Positions 46,845 through 58,522 are shown, counted from the stretch's first letter. The stretch is DNA of 64,000 nt from a virus (IMGVR_UViG_3300037067_006336:1-64000), one strand, 5' to 3'. Notes: generated by a model not told the origin, from the sequence alone. Numbers and translations are program-made.

Positions 46845-48665
46845 TCAGAATTGTTTCATCTCGAGGAACGGGTTAACGTTATCCTCCAGTATCATCTTGT
46901 TGTTTATTTCCAGCCTTATCGTACCGGAGTAGAACGACCCGCCGTACAACCCTACCTTGTTGATGTTAAGTGGTGTCGTACTGGCACCATCGAACACGTG
47001 TATATCGTTGAACGCTAGAGTCCTGTTGTGATTCTCTATGTTGAACACGTTAACCGAAACCTGTTTCAAGACAAGATCGTAACCTATCACCACCTGGTAG
47101 AACTTCATCAGTTCGAACTTGAGGTTAACCTTGAAAGTGTTGCTGTTGGAATCAGCCACGCTATTGTTGGTGAACTCCATGTAAGAACGGTTCATCTTCA
47201 CCGAGTAAACAACGTCCTCGTTATCTACCACCAGGTCGAAAAGTTCCCCCGCGAAGTTCATCACGGGTATGTAGTTGAAAGATAACGCTAGGTTCTTGTC
47301 AAGCACGGTGCTGAACTTGTTCTTAGAGGTGTAATCATCCATGTTGTAGAACAGTGCTACCGTTCTCTTCACCACCCTGGTGTTATCGTACATCATGACG
47401 GGGAACGAGTTAATGTCGGGGTTGACCGATACTATCTTCAACCTCCTGTCGTAGAATTCCCTTTGTGCCTCTGTTTCCTTTAATGACACGTGGAAGTTAG
47501 AATCGATGTTCTTGTTCGTGTAGGACTGGTTAGATTCACGTTTCTCGGTTGATGTAAGACTCGTTAATTTTCCTGGTGTGAGTATGGTGGATGCCTTGAC
47601 GGCATCCAGGTCACCAAGCAACGAGCTGTCAACACCTTCCATCTCCCCTGTTAAATCAACATCATCATCCTCTATCCCATCTTGCATGAACTGCAACCCT
47701 GGTTCATTGAATACATCCGATAGACCAGGTACCCCCTGGTATGCTGAAAGTAACCTGGAATCCATGGTAACGCTCTGGTCATCTTCCCATTTGGCAAGGA
47801 ATACCTCCCACCATGCCACTTGTCCCATGAACTTGCGCACAGGGTTAGCACCTGTTACCCGGTACAACCTGGATAGGAACGGTACCCAGACGTAATCTTT
47901 CTCCACCGGTATCACGTCACCGAAGGCTATCTTGAAACGCTCTATGACGACGTGTAGTATGATGTCATCGGGCAAAGCCAGGTCCCAGTCAGAGTAAACT
48001 AGCTTGTCCTGGGGCACATCCCCGTCGGGGAACTGCACCATCAATTTCTTTATGTTAGTGACCTTCCTACCGTTATTAACGGAGAAGGTGTTGTTGGTTT
48101 CCGACGCGGTAGTCTTGAAGTAAACACACGGGAAACCACGCGAGCTGCTAGCGGCGAAACACCTTTCCTTCCAATCTCTCACACTAACATCAATCCCGTC
48201 GAACACGTTCCACCTGGGGAAACGATCCACGTACCTTTCAAGCATGATGAAACCAACTACATCCTTGTCATTGATATCAATCACTGTTGAATCATACGTG
48301 ATGGAATCGATGTTAACGTAATCCAGGTTGAAGTTATCCATGCTAACATCAAGCGATTTAACCGCATTCAACCCTGTACCGGCCCTCGATTTGAAACGAA
48401 CCATTATGGAGATGTACACGGGTAACACTACCTCTGGTGGAATCGAGAAGTTACCACGGGTAACGTGGTCAGCGTAATTAGTAGCATCGATTGAATACGA
48501 GTACAATAACTCGAACGAATCATGCTCGAACGTTCCCGAATCAACATCAACACCAGCACTAACAGTTACGGTAAGTGACGATATGTCGAATGTAACGAAC
48601 GGTTCTATCAATAGAACCATAGTGTTAGACGTTATTGATAGCGGTCTTGTATCGTTGGATATCAT
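46845..48665 (-). CDS. Neck/head-closure protein (gp14-like) with extra domains
   Basis: GFPCVYF...FKIAFG..IP.EKDYVWVP...LY.V. Confidence 0.55.
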   Translation of the reverse strand: MISNDTRPLSITSNTMVLLIEPFVTFDISSLTVTVSAGVDVDSGTFEHDSFELLYSYSIDATNYADHVTRGNFSIPPEVVLPVYISIMVRFKSRAGTGLNAVKSLDVSMDNFNLDYVNIDSITYDSTVIDINDKDVVGFIMLERYVDRFPRWNVFDGIDVSVRDWKERCFAASSSRGFPCVYFKTTASETNNTFSVNNGRKVTNIKKLMVQFPDGDVPQDKLVYSDWDLALPDDIILHVVIERFKIAFGDVIPVEKDYVWVPFLSRLYRVTGANPVRKFMGQVAWWEVFLAKWEDDQSVTMDSRLLSAYQGVPGLSDVFNEPGLQFMQDGIEDDDVDLTGEMEGVDSSLLGDLDAVKASTILTPGKLTSLTSTEKRESNQSYTNKNIDSNFHVSLKETEAQREFYDRRLKIVSVNPDINSFPVMMYDNTRVVKRTVALFYNMDDYTSKNKFSTVLDKNLALSFNYIPVMNFAGELFDLVVDNEDVVYSVKMNRSYMEFTNNSVADSNSNTFKVNLKFELMKFYQVVIGYDLVLKQVSVNVFNIENHNRTLAFNDIHVFDGASTTPLNINKVGLYGGSFYSGTIRLEINNKMILEDNVNPFLEMKQF

Positions 48666-50809
48666 ACCATGAATGTCTTGTCGAAAAATATCATAAGGTT
48701 ACTACCTATCGAGTAATTTTGTGCCCACCTTATGTTCATGTTGACATCTATGTAAAATAATAACCTGTCACTGGTGCCTGTTGGAACGATTGAAATACCT
48801 TCCAGGTAAAATAATGCCCTTGGCTGGTTCGCGACGGGGCTGCTCAACATGTCGTTAACAGGGGACCCGTGTATTATTCTTTCCTGGGAAACACTGTTAC
48901 CCCTGTTGTAACCTGCCCCGTGATCCACGATAGATGATATTAACAAGTCCCCGTATGCATTGGTGTTGACACCTGATCCCCACACGGAATATGAAGGTGA
49001 AATGAAACCGTTGATATTCAGGAAACCTGACCCTACCCTGCATGTCAACTTGCACTCTACGGGAGGGAAACCAGGAGAGGGGGGGTCGTACAACGTGATG
49101 TTAGTCTGGATGTAATGCGGTGTCCCCGGGTTGCTGTACACCGGCAAATCCCACAGCGTGAAAGGCAATGAAAATTCATCGTTACTCGGGGACGACGTGA
49201 TGAATACCGGGTAAAGTTCCCTTGTTGTGGGTCCGTAAAAATTAGTCGCTAGTTGTTCATCACTGACAGTTACCATACTGAAGTAATAGTTAACTCCCTG
49301 TGAACCCATGTAATTGAATATGCTCCCTGTTTGAGACAAGGCATGCTTGTACGATGTACCCTTGTAAAGTATGATACCATCGCTAAGGTAACCGCTCTGG
49401 TTTGTCGTTACACCCGGCACTTCCCTGGTTGGTTTCACGCCTTGTAGTATGATCGCGTGTTTATCGTTACCGACCTGGTACTGGTCATCCCCTACACCCG
49501 TGGTTTCGTTAGCCCTTGTCACTAGCGTGTCACGAACCATCATGTTGGACCTGTCCATCAACACTTTCAACTGTTTCTCGGTGGTAAGGTTATCATCGTT
49601 AGTGGTTGTTGACGGTACGCTGAATCTCACGACGGGGTTGAAACCGTTAGACAGGTCTATGGTGGATACGGCGCTGTTCCTCGTTGGGTCAATGTAACCT
49701 GACGCGTTGAACCACGCTAGCTTGGATACCATCGAGGCCATGTGTACCTTGTTTACATCAAGCTCGTAAACCTGGAATAATTTAGAGTAAACCATCCTGT
49801 CATAACCCAGTAACAACCTGGAGTACTCGCTGTCAAGCTTACCCTGGTGGCTCTTCAATACAAGGAACCCGTTACCATCCTTGTAAATTGACGCGAAGTT
49901 ACGCAGGCCAACGTTCACATCATTCATCATACCTGACTTGTGACCTATCATGATACCGTTACCGTAGGTGTCCTGCATCAATACCTGTGATGGTATGTTA
50001 CCTTCCCCAGGAGCGTACGAGTTATTGAGTGACCCGCTGTTCAAAGGGTCCACGGTTTTGATCAACAGGCTTATGTAAGCCTTGACCGACCCGGTTATCA
50101 CCGTACCCATCCCGCTTACCGGGAACAACGTGTCGGATAACCCGAAGTACTTGTGACCCGTGATGACATCCCTGTTACTAGGATCGCTACCTACGAAACC
50201 AACGTACTTCGGACAGTAAGTATCCGATTGTAAGACATTGGTTGTTATACCAGAGCTACCAAGGTCCGGTGTCCTCTTCGCTATCGAGGCATACTGCTCG
50301 TAAATGTTGATCAGTGATGTTATGGTCACGTTGTTATCAACATAGAACTTCACCCTAGATTCTATCTTGGAATCCAGGTTAGCAAGTGTGTTCGTCTGCT
50401 CGTTGAACGATAACCCGGTTGCTGATATGCTGTTAGTACCAAGGTCGAAAGAACACATCGCCGAGTTAGTCAGGACAATGACATCGTTATCGACGAGTTC
50501 ATCCACGCCTAACGCCAGTAACAATTTCTGTTTCTCTATGAAGATTGACAGCTTGTTGTTGATGAAAGAAACGTTAACCTGGTTCGATGATGTTACCTCT
50601 CCCTTGAACGTGGTGTCAAGAACGAAGTTGGAGAAGTTCACGAAGATGAAAACCGATCCCCTTGTCCCCCTTAACCCCACCCCGTCAGCACCGTTTGATC
50701 CGGGTATACCCTTGTACAAGGGTGAATTCTCGATGGTGGCGAAGTTACGGTTCAACACCTCCAGGAGTTGATCCATGCTCTCGTATGTTACCTTGCTTAA
50801 CGTGCTCAT
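48662..50809 (-). CDS. Tail fibre/baseplate-associated structural protein
   Basis: LNRNF, short collagen-like GIPGSNGADGVGLRGTRG. Confidence 0.55.
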   Translation of the reverse strand: MSTLSKVTYESMDQLLEVLNRNFATIENSPLYKGIPGSNGADGVGLRGTRGSVFIFVNFSNFVLDTTFKGEVTSSNQVNVSFINNKLSIFIEKQKLLLALGVDELVDNDVIVLTNSAMCSFDLGTNSISATGLSFNEQTNTLANLDSKIESRVKFYVDNNVTITSLINIYEQYASIAKRTPDLGSSGITTNVLQSDTYCPKYVGFVGSDPSNRDVITGHKYFGLSDTLFPVSGMGTVITGSVKAYISLLIKTVDPLNSGSLNNSYAPGEGNIPSQVLMQDTYGNGIMIGHKSGMMNDVNVGLRNFASIYKDGNGFLVLKSHQGKLDSEYSRLLLGYDRMVYSKLFQVYELDVNKVHMASMVSKLAWFNASGYIDPTRNSAVSTIDLSNGFNPVVRFSVPSTTTNDDNLTTEKQLKVLMDRSNMMVRDTLVTRANETTGVGDDQYQVGNDKHAIILQGVKPTREVPGVTTNQSGYLSDGIILYKGTSYKHALSQTGSIFNYMGSQGVNYYFSMVTVSDEQLATNFYGPTTRELYPVFITSSPSNDEFSLPFTLWDLPVYSNPGTPHYIQTNITLYDPPSPGFPPVECKLTCRVGSGFLNINGFISPSYSVWGSGVNTNAYGDLLISSIVDHGAGYNRGNSVSQERIIHGSPVNDMLSSPVANQPRALFYLEGISIVPTGTSDRLLFYIDVNMNIRWAQNYSIGSNLMIFFDKTFMV

Positions 50810-50815
50810 TTATTT

Positions 50816-53800
50816 TTAAATTTTCCTGGTGAATCTAAGCATCAAGGCATCACCGGTATTGAAACCCGTGACCTTGAACTTGTAATTTGTGGCATCCGAT
50901 ACCTCGAAACGTAACCTTGTTGACCCGTCAAGCAGTATCTCGGCGAGATTGTAAAACTTGTCGAGCAAGTAAGACGCGTAAGCCATGTTTATATACCTTG
51001 TGACGTTCTTGTCAATGGTTGATATGTAGGCACTGTTGTCGTTGTTTATGATGAAAGCACTCGTGTCTCGTGACAGGTAACCACCGAGTATCTCCCTGGC
51101 GTCAATGATGTTGTCATCGGGGGTAAGGTTTATCATGATGTCAGCATCCGCCGTGAATAGCGATGATACCACGTTCCCCTGTACCTCTTCCCATGAACCC
51201 GTGGCGTTCACACCTTCCGTGATGTAATCAAGATCGTATAATGTCTTTATGTTGTTATCACCCTGTATGTTCATGATGCTACTCACCATGCCGTAAGGGT
51301 GGTAAGCAGCGCTCAACCGGTACACGTTCAACAATTTACCGAACCACACGCACGTGTTGACATCACATGGAACAGGCACCAGACCGACGTAACGTGTTTC
51401 ATCCCCTTCGACATTTATACCGGTGCTACCGGCGTACTCGATCATGCTGGTTAGTTTCATGTTCCCCAGTATCTTCCTTACCTGCAACACTGATAGGAAC
51501 TTGAACTTCAACTCCGACCTGAATAAATCCCTGAAGATATTCCATACCTGGTTACGGTCGAACAACGTGATGTATGTTTCAGGAGTGTAAAGGTCATCCC
51601 CCGATAAGTCGAACTCCGCTATGACCTCTTCATCCGTCATGTCCCCGAGGGACACGTTCGAAGGGAACCGGAATACCTCCCTGGTGATGGTGTTAGGGGC
51701 ATTGTTATTCATGGTCACCACCTTCCTCACGTGGAAGTACTGTTCCACCAGGCTCAAAGACGGGCTTGTAGGGGATAAAAGCATATCGTACAACGTGTTA
51801 GACGGGTCATCAGCTAAACGACACTTCTTGATGTAATTACCGAAAACTCCTTGCCCGGCATCCGATACTTCCACCACGTTCGATGCAGGGGTAGTGAACT
51901 GAACCATGGATAAAGGATCCTGCATGTAAACGGTCCCACCATCGTAAAGGTCTATAACGATATCCTCGCACCACAAGAAATCACTGGTAAGTGCCACGAT
52001 ACCCTTGACGGTAACTTTCACGCTTATCCTGTTTCCAGAGTAAACGTAGAAGGTCGAGTCACCTGTTGCAGGGAACACGTTTAGTAGGTCGTGTTCATCA
52101 AGTAACAGGTCACCGCGTGTCAAGGCAACGTACCATTTGCCGTTGAAGAAATACTTCCAATCCCTTACAACCACATCGTTGAAATAAACGTAACTAGATA
52201 CCGGTAACTTCCAGAACTCTTTACATAAAGACAAGCTACATGTCTTAAGGTCGGCAACGTACTCGTTTGATTCCGAGAACGACTCGTTAGATGCTAGGAA
52301 GAAAGACGGGTCGATGACAGAAGCGTTATTAACATCACCCCCGCGTATCAGATCAGTGAAGTTAACGTACTTGCGTACCTCCACGTAAAGTTTTCTCGCG
52401 TTATCATCAACAACGGCAACGTATGTTACCTCCTCGTGTGCAGGGTTGTCAGGTACCAGGTAAACGGCGAACCTGTAACCGTCGAACTCGCTTGACAACC
52501 GGTACTTTACACCCAGGAACACCGTCTCGCAGTAATCACCGGTGAACCTTATGTCGGATGTTATGAGTGGTTCGTTATCGAAGTACCTGAATGCCCTGTC
52601 ATCACCAGCCACGTAAGAAGGTGCTTTCCCCTTGATTAAAAACCAGTTGAACGCCAGGTCATCATCCCCGTCCCCGGTACTGGTACAGGCGTTAGATACC
52701 CAGAATACCTTGTCAAGGTTCAACAGGTTAGGGGTTATGCAGGATGTCATGCCTGATGATAGGAGAAGTGAACCGATTATATCAGTATCCTTTACATCAA
52801 CCGTTGTATCAAGGGTATCACCTGGTTTCATGAACGGGTTGTTGGCCATTACCTTCATCTTGTTGAATGATGCAAGAACGTCCTGGTTCATCGATGGGAA
52901 AGCATCCATTAATGATGTCACGTAACTGTCCTGGTTGTATGGTTCGAAACCTGTCAACCTTATGTTTGTCTTTAGGTACTCGACAGGTTCAAGCATGACG
53001 GTGTATTCCATCAAGTCCTGGTAAACCTCGCATTCCGTGATACCGTCGAACACCACGGGTGGTTCAACCCTCACGATAGTCTTACCGTCGAACATGAACT
53101 TGTCGGTTATGTCGTGATACACGCCGTTAACCCTTATGGTATTAACGTTGTCAAGTAGCGTGGGTTGCCCCATTAACCACGTGTCGTTAGATGTTATTCC
53201 CCTGAATTGCCTGTAGTTGGATGAACCTGTAACCCTGTCTAGCACATTGTAATACCACGGGATCAGCATGGAATACTCCTCGTTGAGCGTGTCATCCATG
53301 TTTGATGTAACCTTGACAACCACCTGGCTACCTGATTGCACGCACGAGAAATCGAACATCGAGTTACATCCGGACGTTGCGTTGGTGCAGATGGTTCTCC
53401 ACGTCTCGAGAAGTGATGCCGGTTTTATGTCCGCATCTTTAACCACGTACTCCAGGAACAAGTTACCTGATGGATCCAGTATCTTTAGTGACTCGTTGGC
53501 CTCGGCCCTGTTAACCATGAAACGGTACTGGGGTTCACTTGTCGATACCTCGTTGATGCTACCGGTACCGGTTATATCGATGTATTCATCCAGCGTGTAT
53601 TCTTCACCATTAAACAACTGGTCCCACTCGATCCTCCCGGTGAACGGCTTCAACTTCAAGTTGATGTAACCATCAACGATGTTACCCCCGGTTACCGTGT
53701 AGGATGACAGGAAACCGTGGAAATTATTGAAATGAACATTGGAATTAGAGTACTCGAACTCGAACTCGAAGTTAATCAAACGAGGGTAGAACATGTTGTT

Positions 53801-54454
53801 ATTGGCGTACTCCTCGAGTATTATTTCGCCGGAATCCTTCAATGAATTAGAAACCCCCTGGATCTTCAACATGTCAAGCTTCCTGGTACAAGGTGAGTAT
53901 TTTTCATGTGAATACCCGTGCAGATCGATGATCGAATCCTCGTAGTTCATGTACACTGGGTAATCTAGCTCTCGTGTTGAATCTACCTCATCTAGTATGG
54001 CTTTCAACCCTATCTTATCCAGGTCGTGAACCATCAACACCCTGCTTCCACCGACTATCACGTTCCAGTCAATAACCGGTTCGTTGGGTGCAAGTAGCAT
54101 CACGAAGAAATCAGGGTACCTTGACGGATCCTTCGTTGAACCCATGTAGTAAGGCAGGTGGTACGATTTAACCCCTGATTGCTGGTAAGCCCCTAGGGAT
54201 GTCCTGGACGGGTCAACCCCGTTATTCCTGGCCGACGAAAGGAATATCGATACCTGTTGCAAGAACGACAAGCTCTTGTCGTATGATACCCTCCTGTTGT
54301 TGTAATCATCCAGGAACATGTTCCCATCCTTGTCGATGACTACCTTGTACTCCCCTGATAACCTTGTCTCGGCTGATGCCATGCACCCCCTTGATGTATC
54401 GAAATAACTTGTTCCGTTCAGGTTGGACGGGTTTGATAGAACGGGTGTACTCAT
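50816..54454 (-). CDS. Large structural (baseplate-like) protein
   Basis: 1212-aa ORF in the structural operon. Confidence 0.55.
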   Translation of the reverse strand: MSTPVLSNPSNLNGTSYFDTSRGCMASAETRLSGEYKVVIDKDGNMFLDDYNNRRVSYDKSLSFLQQVSIFLSSARNNGVDPSRTSLGAYQQSGVKSYHLPYYMGSTKDPSRYPDFFVMLLAPNEPVIDWNVIVGGSRVLMVHDLDKIGLKAILDEVDSTRELDYPVYMNYEDSIIDLHGYSHEKYSPCTRKLDMLKIQGVSNSLKDSGEIILEEYANNNMFYPRLINFEFEFEYSNSNVHFNNFHGFLSSYTVTGGNIVDGYINLKLKPFTGRIEWDQLFNGEEYTLDEYIDITGTGSINEVSTSEPQYRFMVNRAEANESLKILDPSGNLFLEYVVKDADIKPASLLETWRTICTNATSGCNSMFDFSCVQSGSQVVVKVTSNMDDTLNEEYSMLIPWYYNVLDRVTGSSNYRQFRGITSNDTWLMGQPTLLDNVNTIRVNGVYHDITDKFMFDGKTIVRVEPPVVFDGITECEVYQDLMEYTVMLEPVEYLKTNIRLTGFEPYNQDSYVTSLMDAFPSMNQDVLASFNKMKVMANNPFMKPGDTLDTTVDVKDTDIIGSLLLSSGMTSCITPNLLNLDKVFWVSNACTSTGDGDDDLAFNWFLIKGKAPSYVAGDDRAFRYFDNEPLITSDIRFTGDYCETVFLGVKYRLSSEFDGYRFAVYLVPDNPAHEEVTYVAVVDDNARKLYVEVRKYVNFTDLIRGGDVNNASVIDPSFFLASNESFSESNEYVADLKTCSLSLCKEFWKLPVSSYVYFNDVVVRDWKYFFNGKWYVALTRGDLLLDEHDLLNVFPATGDSTFYVYSGNRISVKVTVKGIVALTSDFLWCEDIVIDLYDGGTVYMQDPLSMVQFTTPASNVVEVSDAGQGVFGNYIKKCRLADDPSNTLYDMLLSPTSPSLSLVEQYFHVRKVVTMNNNAPNTITREVFRFPSNVSLGDMTDEEVIAEFDLSGDDLYTPETYITLFDRNQVWNIFRDLFRSELKFKFLSVLQVRKILGNMKLTSMIEYAGSTGINVEGDETRYVGLVPVPCDVNTCVWFGKLLNVYRLSAAYHPYGMVSSIMNIQGDNNIKTLYDLDYITEGVNATGSWEEVQGNVVSSLFTADADIMINLTPDDNIIDAREILGGYLSRDTSAFIINNDNSAYISTIDKNVTRYINMAYASYLLDKFYNLAEILLDGSTRLRFEVSDATNYKFKVTGFNTGDALMLRFTRKI

Positions 54455-54492
54455 GTATTTTTATGTTGGTGGCTTCGTTGCTGTTTTCAATA

Positions 54493-57400
54493 CTATCCCT
54501 GGGTGAAAGAAGAGGTAACACTGGATATATTCAAGCTATCCTTGACATTAACCTTGGATTTCAACCTGGAGTAAACTTTCAGGTCAAACCTGAATAAATC
54601 GTTATCAACCAGCAGGTCTATACCGATCTTCTTACCGTACTCGAGTGATTGTGTCGTGTCGTAACCGAACTCACCATTGATGTTACCTAGCCTGTCAGTC
54701 ATCCGGTACTCGTAAACAACCGGTATCAACAACTCGGAGTTAGCCGGGACGACCAGTACCGAGGTAGTCGTGTTACCTGACACCACCAGTTTCCCTATGT
54801 TCTGCAACACGGGGTAAAGGAACGCGCCGCACGTGGTCTTGCCAACCGAGTAGAAATCATTGTCATCGAACCCGCACACGGCGTATAACGTGTTGATGTC
54901 AACCTCGTTCTGTACCGTTGGTGCTTTCAACACCGGGGTATAAGCCCTAAGCCTGTTGAATTCTAGTGTCATAGGATCAGACACGGAGTTTAACAATGAC
55001 GGGTTGTAAAGAGGGTGTTCGGTCGTGTAAGCTATGAAGTTAGTGGTGTACTGGGGGTTTAGTGCCCCTAGTTTCTTTATCTCCACGTTGTTCACAACAT
55101 CAATGTACACGAGGTTCTTGTTAACCGCGGAATTGTTTATATCTACAGGCGTCACGGACTCTAGTGTTGTCGCTGGTATCACCAACCGGTAAGCGTCGCC
55201 CTGCTGCCCTGTCAGGTCAACGTTCCTGAAGTACGTTACCAGTCTCGATTGTTGCCTGAACGTTGATGATGAAACGTTCGACACCGGGACGTTGTAATAC
55301 AACGGGGCGTTGGTAGAGTCGAAATCGGCACCGGGAACCAGTGACCTTACCTCTACAGGGGTACTGTTGTTGTTCCTTACCTTGATGTAACATTGTTTCC
55401 TCACGATGGTGCCCCATTTAGACGTGGTGCTGACAGGTGCAACGTCCACGTAGTTACCGGCGAACAACTCGATGGTGGTGTTGTTCGTGACGCTGAACGT
55501 CTCGTTGTTGAAGTCAACTAGTTCGACGTTTACCCTGGCCTTAGAATCCTTGTTCTCGACGGTTGTCAACCTTGATATGATGTTCTTTATACACTCGTCA
55601 AGCGGTATGTTCTTGCGTTCTGACGTGAACTGACCGGAAGCTATCCTGCTGGCGATGTGGTCGAATTCCCTCTCGTTCTCGATGAACGCACCTGAAACGT
55701 GCTTGTCCAGTCCTAGCTCGCGTAGCAACGCGTTGAACTCGGCTTTCTGCAAATCGCTGGTGTTCTGTTCAACGGAGTACGACAGGTTGTTAGTCCTGAG
55801 GTTGTTGGGGAAATCCACCCTTAAAGGTTCGGACCATTGACCCTTCAGGGGTGCCAGCGGCATACCTGCCTCGGATACAGCCCTCACGCGTATCTCCATA
55901 GACTCGTTCTCGTTGATGCTTATGCTGCAATTATTGATGTTGACATCTTCCGAGCTATCCAGTATGTTCGTTTCCCATGTTAACGTGCCGTTGCTGTTCA
56001 TCACCTTGTTCAACGTCCTGGTAGGTATGTCCGACCAAGGGGAAACGGTAACGGTAACATCGTTACCTTCATCATCTTCCATCTTGTATGAAAGGGCATC
56101 AACGGTATCGATGTCTTTAGCAAGGTAACGAGCCTGCACGTCGTATTTTATTATGTTCTGTTTCTGGGTCAATGTCGATGTCTTCGGCTTAGCCACGGGC
56201 CAGTAACCTATGACCCTGTACTTCGGGGTGGTATTCTTCAACCCCGACTTTGTAGCGTTGGAATCTATCTCCCTTGACACGCTCAGCAGGTTAGTCTTCA
56301 ACGAGTTCAACTTAGCGGTCAGTGTTTGAACCTGTGACCTCTTGTATTCTTTCTCCGTCGCGTTCTTGTAATTACCCTTCGCCACGTCGGAGTTGTAGGT
56401 GTTTATCTGTTTCTGCGTGAAATCAACATCATCCTGTACCTTCTGCTTCTGCTTGTTGAGTTGCTCGATGTCCGTGTTAACCTTGGAGTCTGTCACGTGC
56501 TTGTTGATCTGTACCACCTTGAAGTTGGAGGCTTTCAACACCACCTTGTCAGGTATCACCCCCAGTGATGCTGGTATGCTTGTCTCGAATATCAAGGAAG
56601 AAAGGTACGAGCTGTAGTTAGTGACGTAACTTGAGAAGAACTCGTCGAGCGTGTACGACACGTTATCCTGTATTACCTTGTAAGTGCTGGTGTCAAGCTT
56701 GATTCCGGTACTGGGGTAAGATATGCTCTTCAAGGATTCCGTAGATAGGAACACCACGACCTGTTGTGTTGGGAACACGGGTACGTTCACGATGCTCGTC
56801 GTGTCTGAAACAGCATCAAGAACCTCGTTGAAGCATAACTTGTCTATTCCCACGTTTAACGTCTCGGAACCTGACACCCTCGTGACCGATACTGTTCTAC
56901 TTACCTTGTCAACACTTGTTACCTGCCATTTCGATGCACCGGTAGTCGTGACTAGGAAATCACCATCCTTCAAGGACACGCTAGAACCGTTGATGTACAA
57001 ACCAGAATACGTCAGCTTGTCAAGTATTAAACTGTAAACGTTATTTGATGTCTTCGATACTGTCAAGCTCTCTATGTTGAACTTCCCGAAGTACTTGACT
57101 TGTTGCCTGGTGGTGTTTAACTCCCTCCTGGTGTTAACGTACGTTAGTTTACCGGTCGAGGCCAGGTACTCTATCTCTAGCTGGGTTGGTGATGCTGATA
57201 GTGTATCCCACCCTGTCTTGATGTCATATACCTCGCATATGATACCCGAGGATAACTTGGAATCAACCGTTACCGGTAACTTCACCATCGGGTACACCAG
57301 GTCATTGATTAATGATACCTTGTCAACTACACACGAGTTACCATCGTACGTGAAATTAGACAGGTACTCAGCGTTCATGAAAGACGTTCGAGTTACCTGG

Positions 57401-57669
57401 GACATCGATCCATCAGAGTTAAGGACGTACGATATGTTATCCTCGTTCAACAGCGACTTGAAGTTACTATCGATCCTGGTTAACTCCTGGAGTATGTTCT
57501 GGAAAGAATTGACGGTAACGGTGGACGTTGTACCGTCGGGATTCCTCTGGGTGGTGGTAACGTTGGAATTAGAGGTGGTGGTTGCATCCTTGAAAGCCCC
57601 GAGGAGATTGTAGATGTTCTCGTACAACCTCTCCATGTTATCAACCATTTTCTCGATACTTGTCCTCAT
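54493..57669 (-). CDS. Large structural (baseplate-like) protein
   Basis: 1058 aa; late motif upstream; central coiled coil; Fn3-like RVRAVSEAG. Confidence 0.55.
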   Translation of the reverse strand: MRTSIEKMVDNMERLYENIYNLLGAFKDATTTSNSNVTTTQRNPDGTTSTVTVNSFQNILQELTRIDSNFKSLLNEDNISYVLNSDGSMSQVTRTSFMNAEYLSNFTYDGNSCVVDKVSLINDLVYPMVKLPVTVDSKLSSGIICEVYDIKTGWDTLSASPTQLEIEYLASTGKLTYVNTRRELNTTRQQVKYFGKFNIESLTVSKTSNNVYSLILDKLTYSGLYINGSSVSLKDGDFLVTTTGASKWQVTSVDKVSRTVSVTRVSGSETLNVGIDKLCFNEVLDAVSDTTSIVNVPVFPTQQVVVFLSTESLKSISYPSTGIKLDTSTYKVIQDNVSYTLDEFFSSYVTNYSSYLSSLIFETSIPASLGVIPDKVVLKASNFKVVQINKHVTDSKVNTDIEQLNKQKQKVQDDVDFTQKQINTYNSDVAKGNYKNATEKEYKRSQVQTLTAKLNSLKTNLLSVSREIDSNATKSGLKNTTPKYRVIGYWPVAKPKTSTLTQKQNIIKYDVQARYLAKDIDTVDALSYKMEDDEGNDVTVTVSPWSDIPTRTLNKVMNSNGTLTWETNILDSSEDVNINNCSISINENESMEIRVRAVSEAGMPLAPLKGQWSEPLRVDFPNNLRTNNLSYSVEQNTSDLQKAEFNALLRELGLDKHVSGAFIENEREFDHIASRIASGQFTSERKNIPLDECIKNIISRLTTVENKDSKARVNVELVDFNNETFSVTNNTTIELFAGNYVDVAPVSTTSKWGTIVRKQCYIKVRNNNSTPVEVRSLVPGADFDSTNAPLYYNVPVSNVSSSTFRQQSRLVTYFRNVDLTGQQGDAYRLVIPATTLESVTPVDINNSAVNKNLVYIDVVNNVEIKKLGALNPQYTTNFIAYTTEHPLYNPSLLNSVSDPMTLEFNRLRAYTPVLKAPTVQNEVDINTLYAVCGFDDNDFYSVGKTTCGAFLYPVLQNIGKLVVSGNTTTSVLVVPANSELLIPVVYEYRMTDRLGNINGEFGYDTTQSLEYGKKIGIDLLVDNDLFRFDLKVYSRLKSKVNVKDSLNISSVTSSFTQG

Positions 57670-57709
57670 GGTGCTATTGAAATTTATTAATATTATTTAC
57701 TGGGGTGGG

Positions 57710-58522
57710 TTATTCATGGCGGAACATTATGATATCCCCTATCCCGCTGGAGTTCTTGATCATATCTTCCACCTTCTCTTGATCCTCGATGTTATTGAAC
57801 ACCTGCTCGATGTTCAACTGCACGTTTCCTGGTAAATCGGCAGTGAAAGCCCCTGGAACCCTTCGTTCCTCGCTCTTCATGACCGCCAGAACGTGCCGGA
57901 AGTAAAGGTCGTCGTTGTACAGGTACTGGATGTCAACGTTAGCGAGAGTCTCGAGCACCATGTCGTACGATGGTTCCTCGAACAGTTGCAATACTTTTTC
58001 CAACCTGGAGTACTTGAAAGCTACCGGGGTACCGTATATCGATTGGAAGTTGGTTTCCTCCACCATCTTCGCTGCCGCCTCCATGATGTACAAGCTGTTG
58101 TTTATACCCAGGATCGATTGACCGTAAGGAGCTGACCTCTGCAATAACTGTATGTTGTTTATCAACTCCTGGGATGTCGCCGGGTTGTTCTTGTCAACCT
58201 GGTAGATCTCCTGCACGACGTTTATGTTCGACGGCATCTTCACCCACCTTCCCATCCTGGTGTTGGGTTGCTCGGAATCCCAGAAGTTAGCGACTGATTC
58301 TTTCGTCAGCCTGAAGAACTTCCTGGTCGTGGAACCATGGTAGTACCGGTAGAAGAAACGGGCACTCTCTATCATTACCTGGACGATCATCCTCTTGTCA
58401 GGCTTGAAGGGTAACCTCCCGAAAGATGTTAACCTGTTGGTTAACCTGTTAACGAACTGTATGTCGGCGGCGGATAAATCAACCTGCACGTCGTTGTCCA
58501 CGATGACTGACATTATTATCAC
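57710..58522 (-). CDS. gp13: Neck protein (gp13-like)
   Basis: ARFFYRYY...LYND..F..V.A..K...LPGNVQLN. Confidence 0.75.
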   Translation of the reverse strand: MIIMSVIVDNDVQVDLSAADIQFVNRLTNRLTSFGRLPFKPDKRMIVQVMIESARFFYRYYHGSTTRKFFRLTKESVANFWDSEQPNTRMGRWVKMPSNINVVQEIYQVDKNNPATSQELINNIQLLQRSAPYGQSILGINNSLYIMEAAAKMVEETNFQSIYGTPVAFKYSRLEKVLQLFEEPSYDMVLETLANVDIQYLYNDDLYFRHVLAVMKSEERRVPGAFTADLPGNVQLNIEQVFNNIEDQEKVEDMIKNSSGIGDIIMFRHE

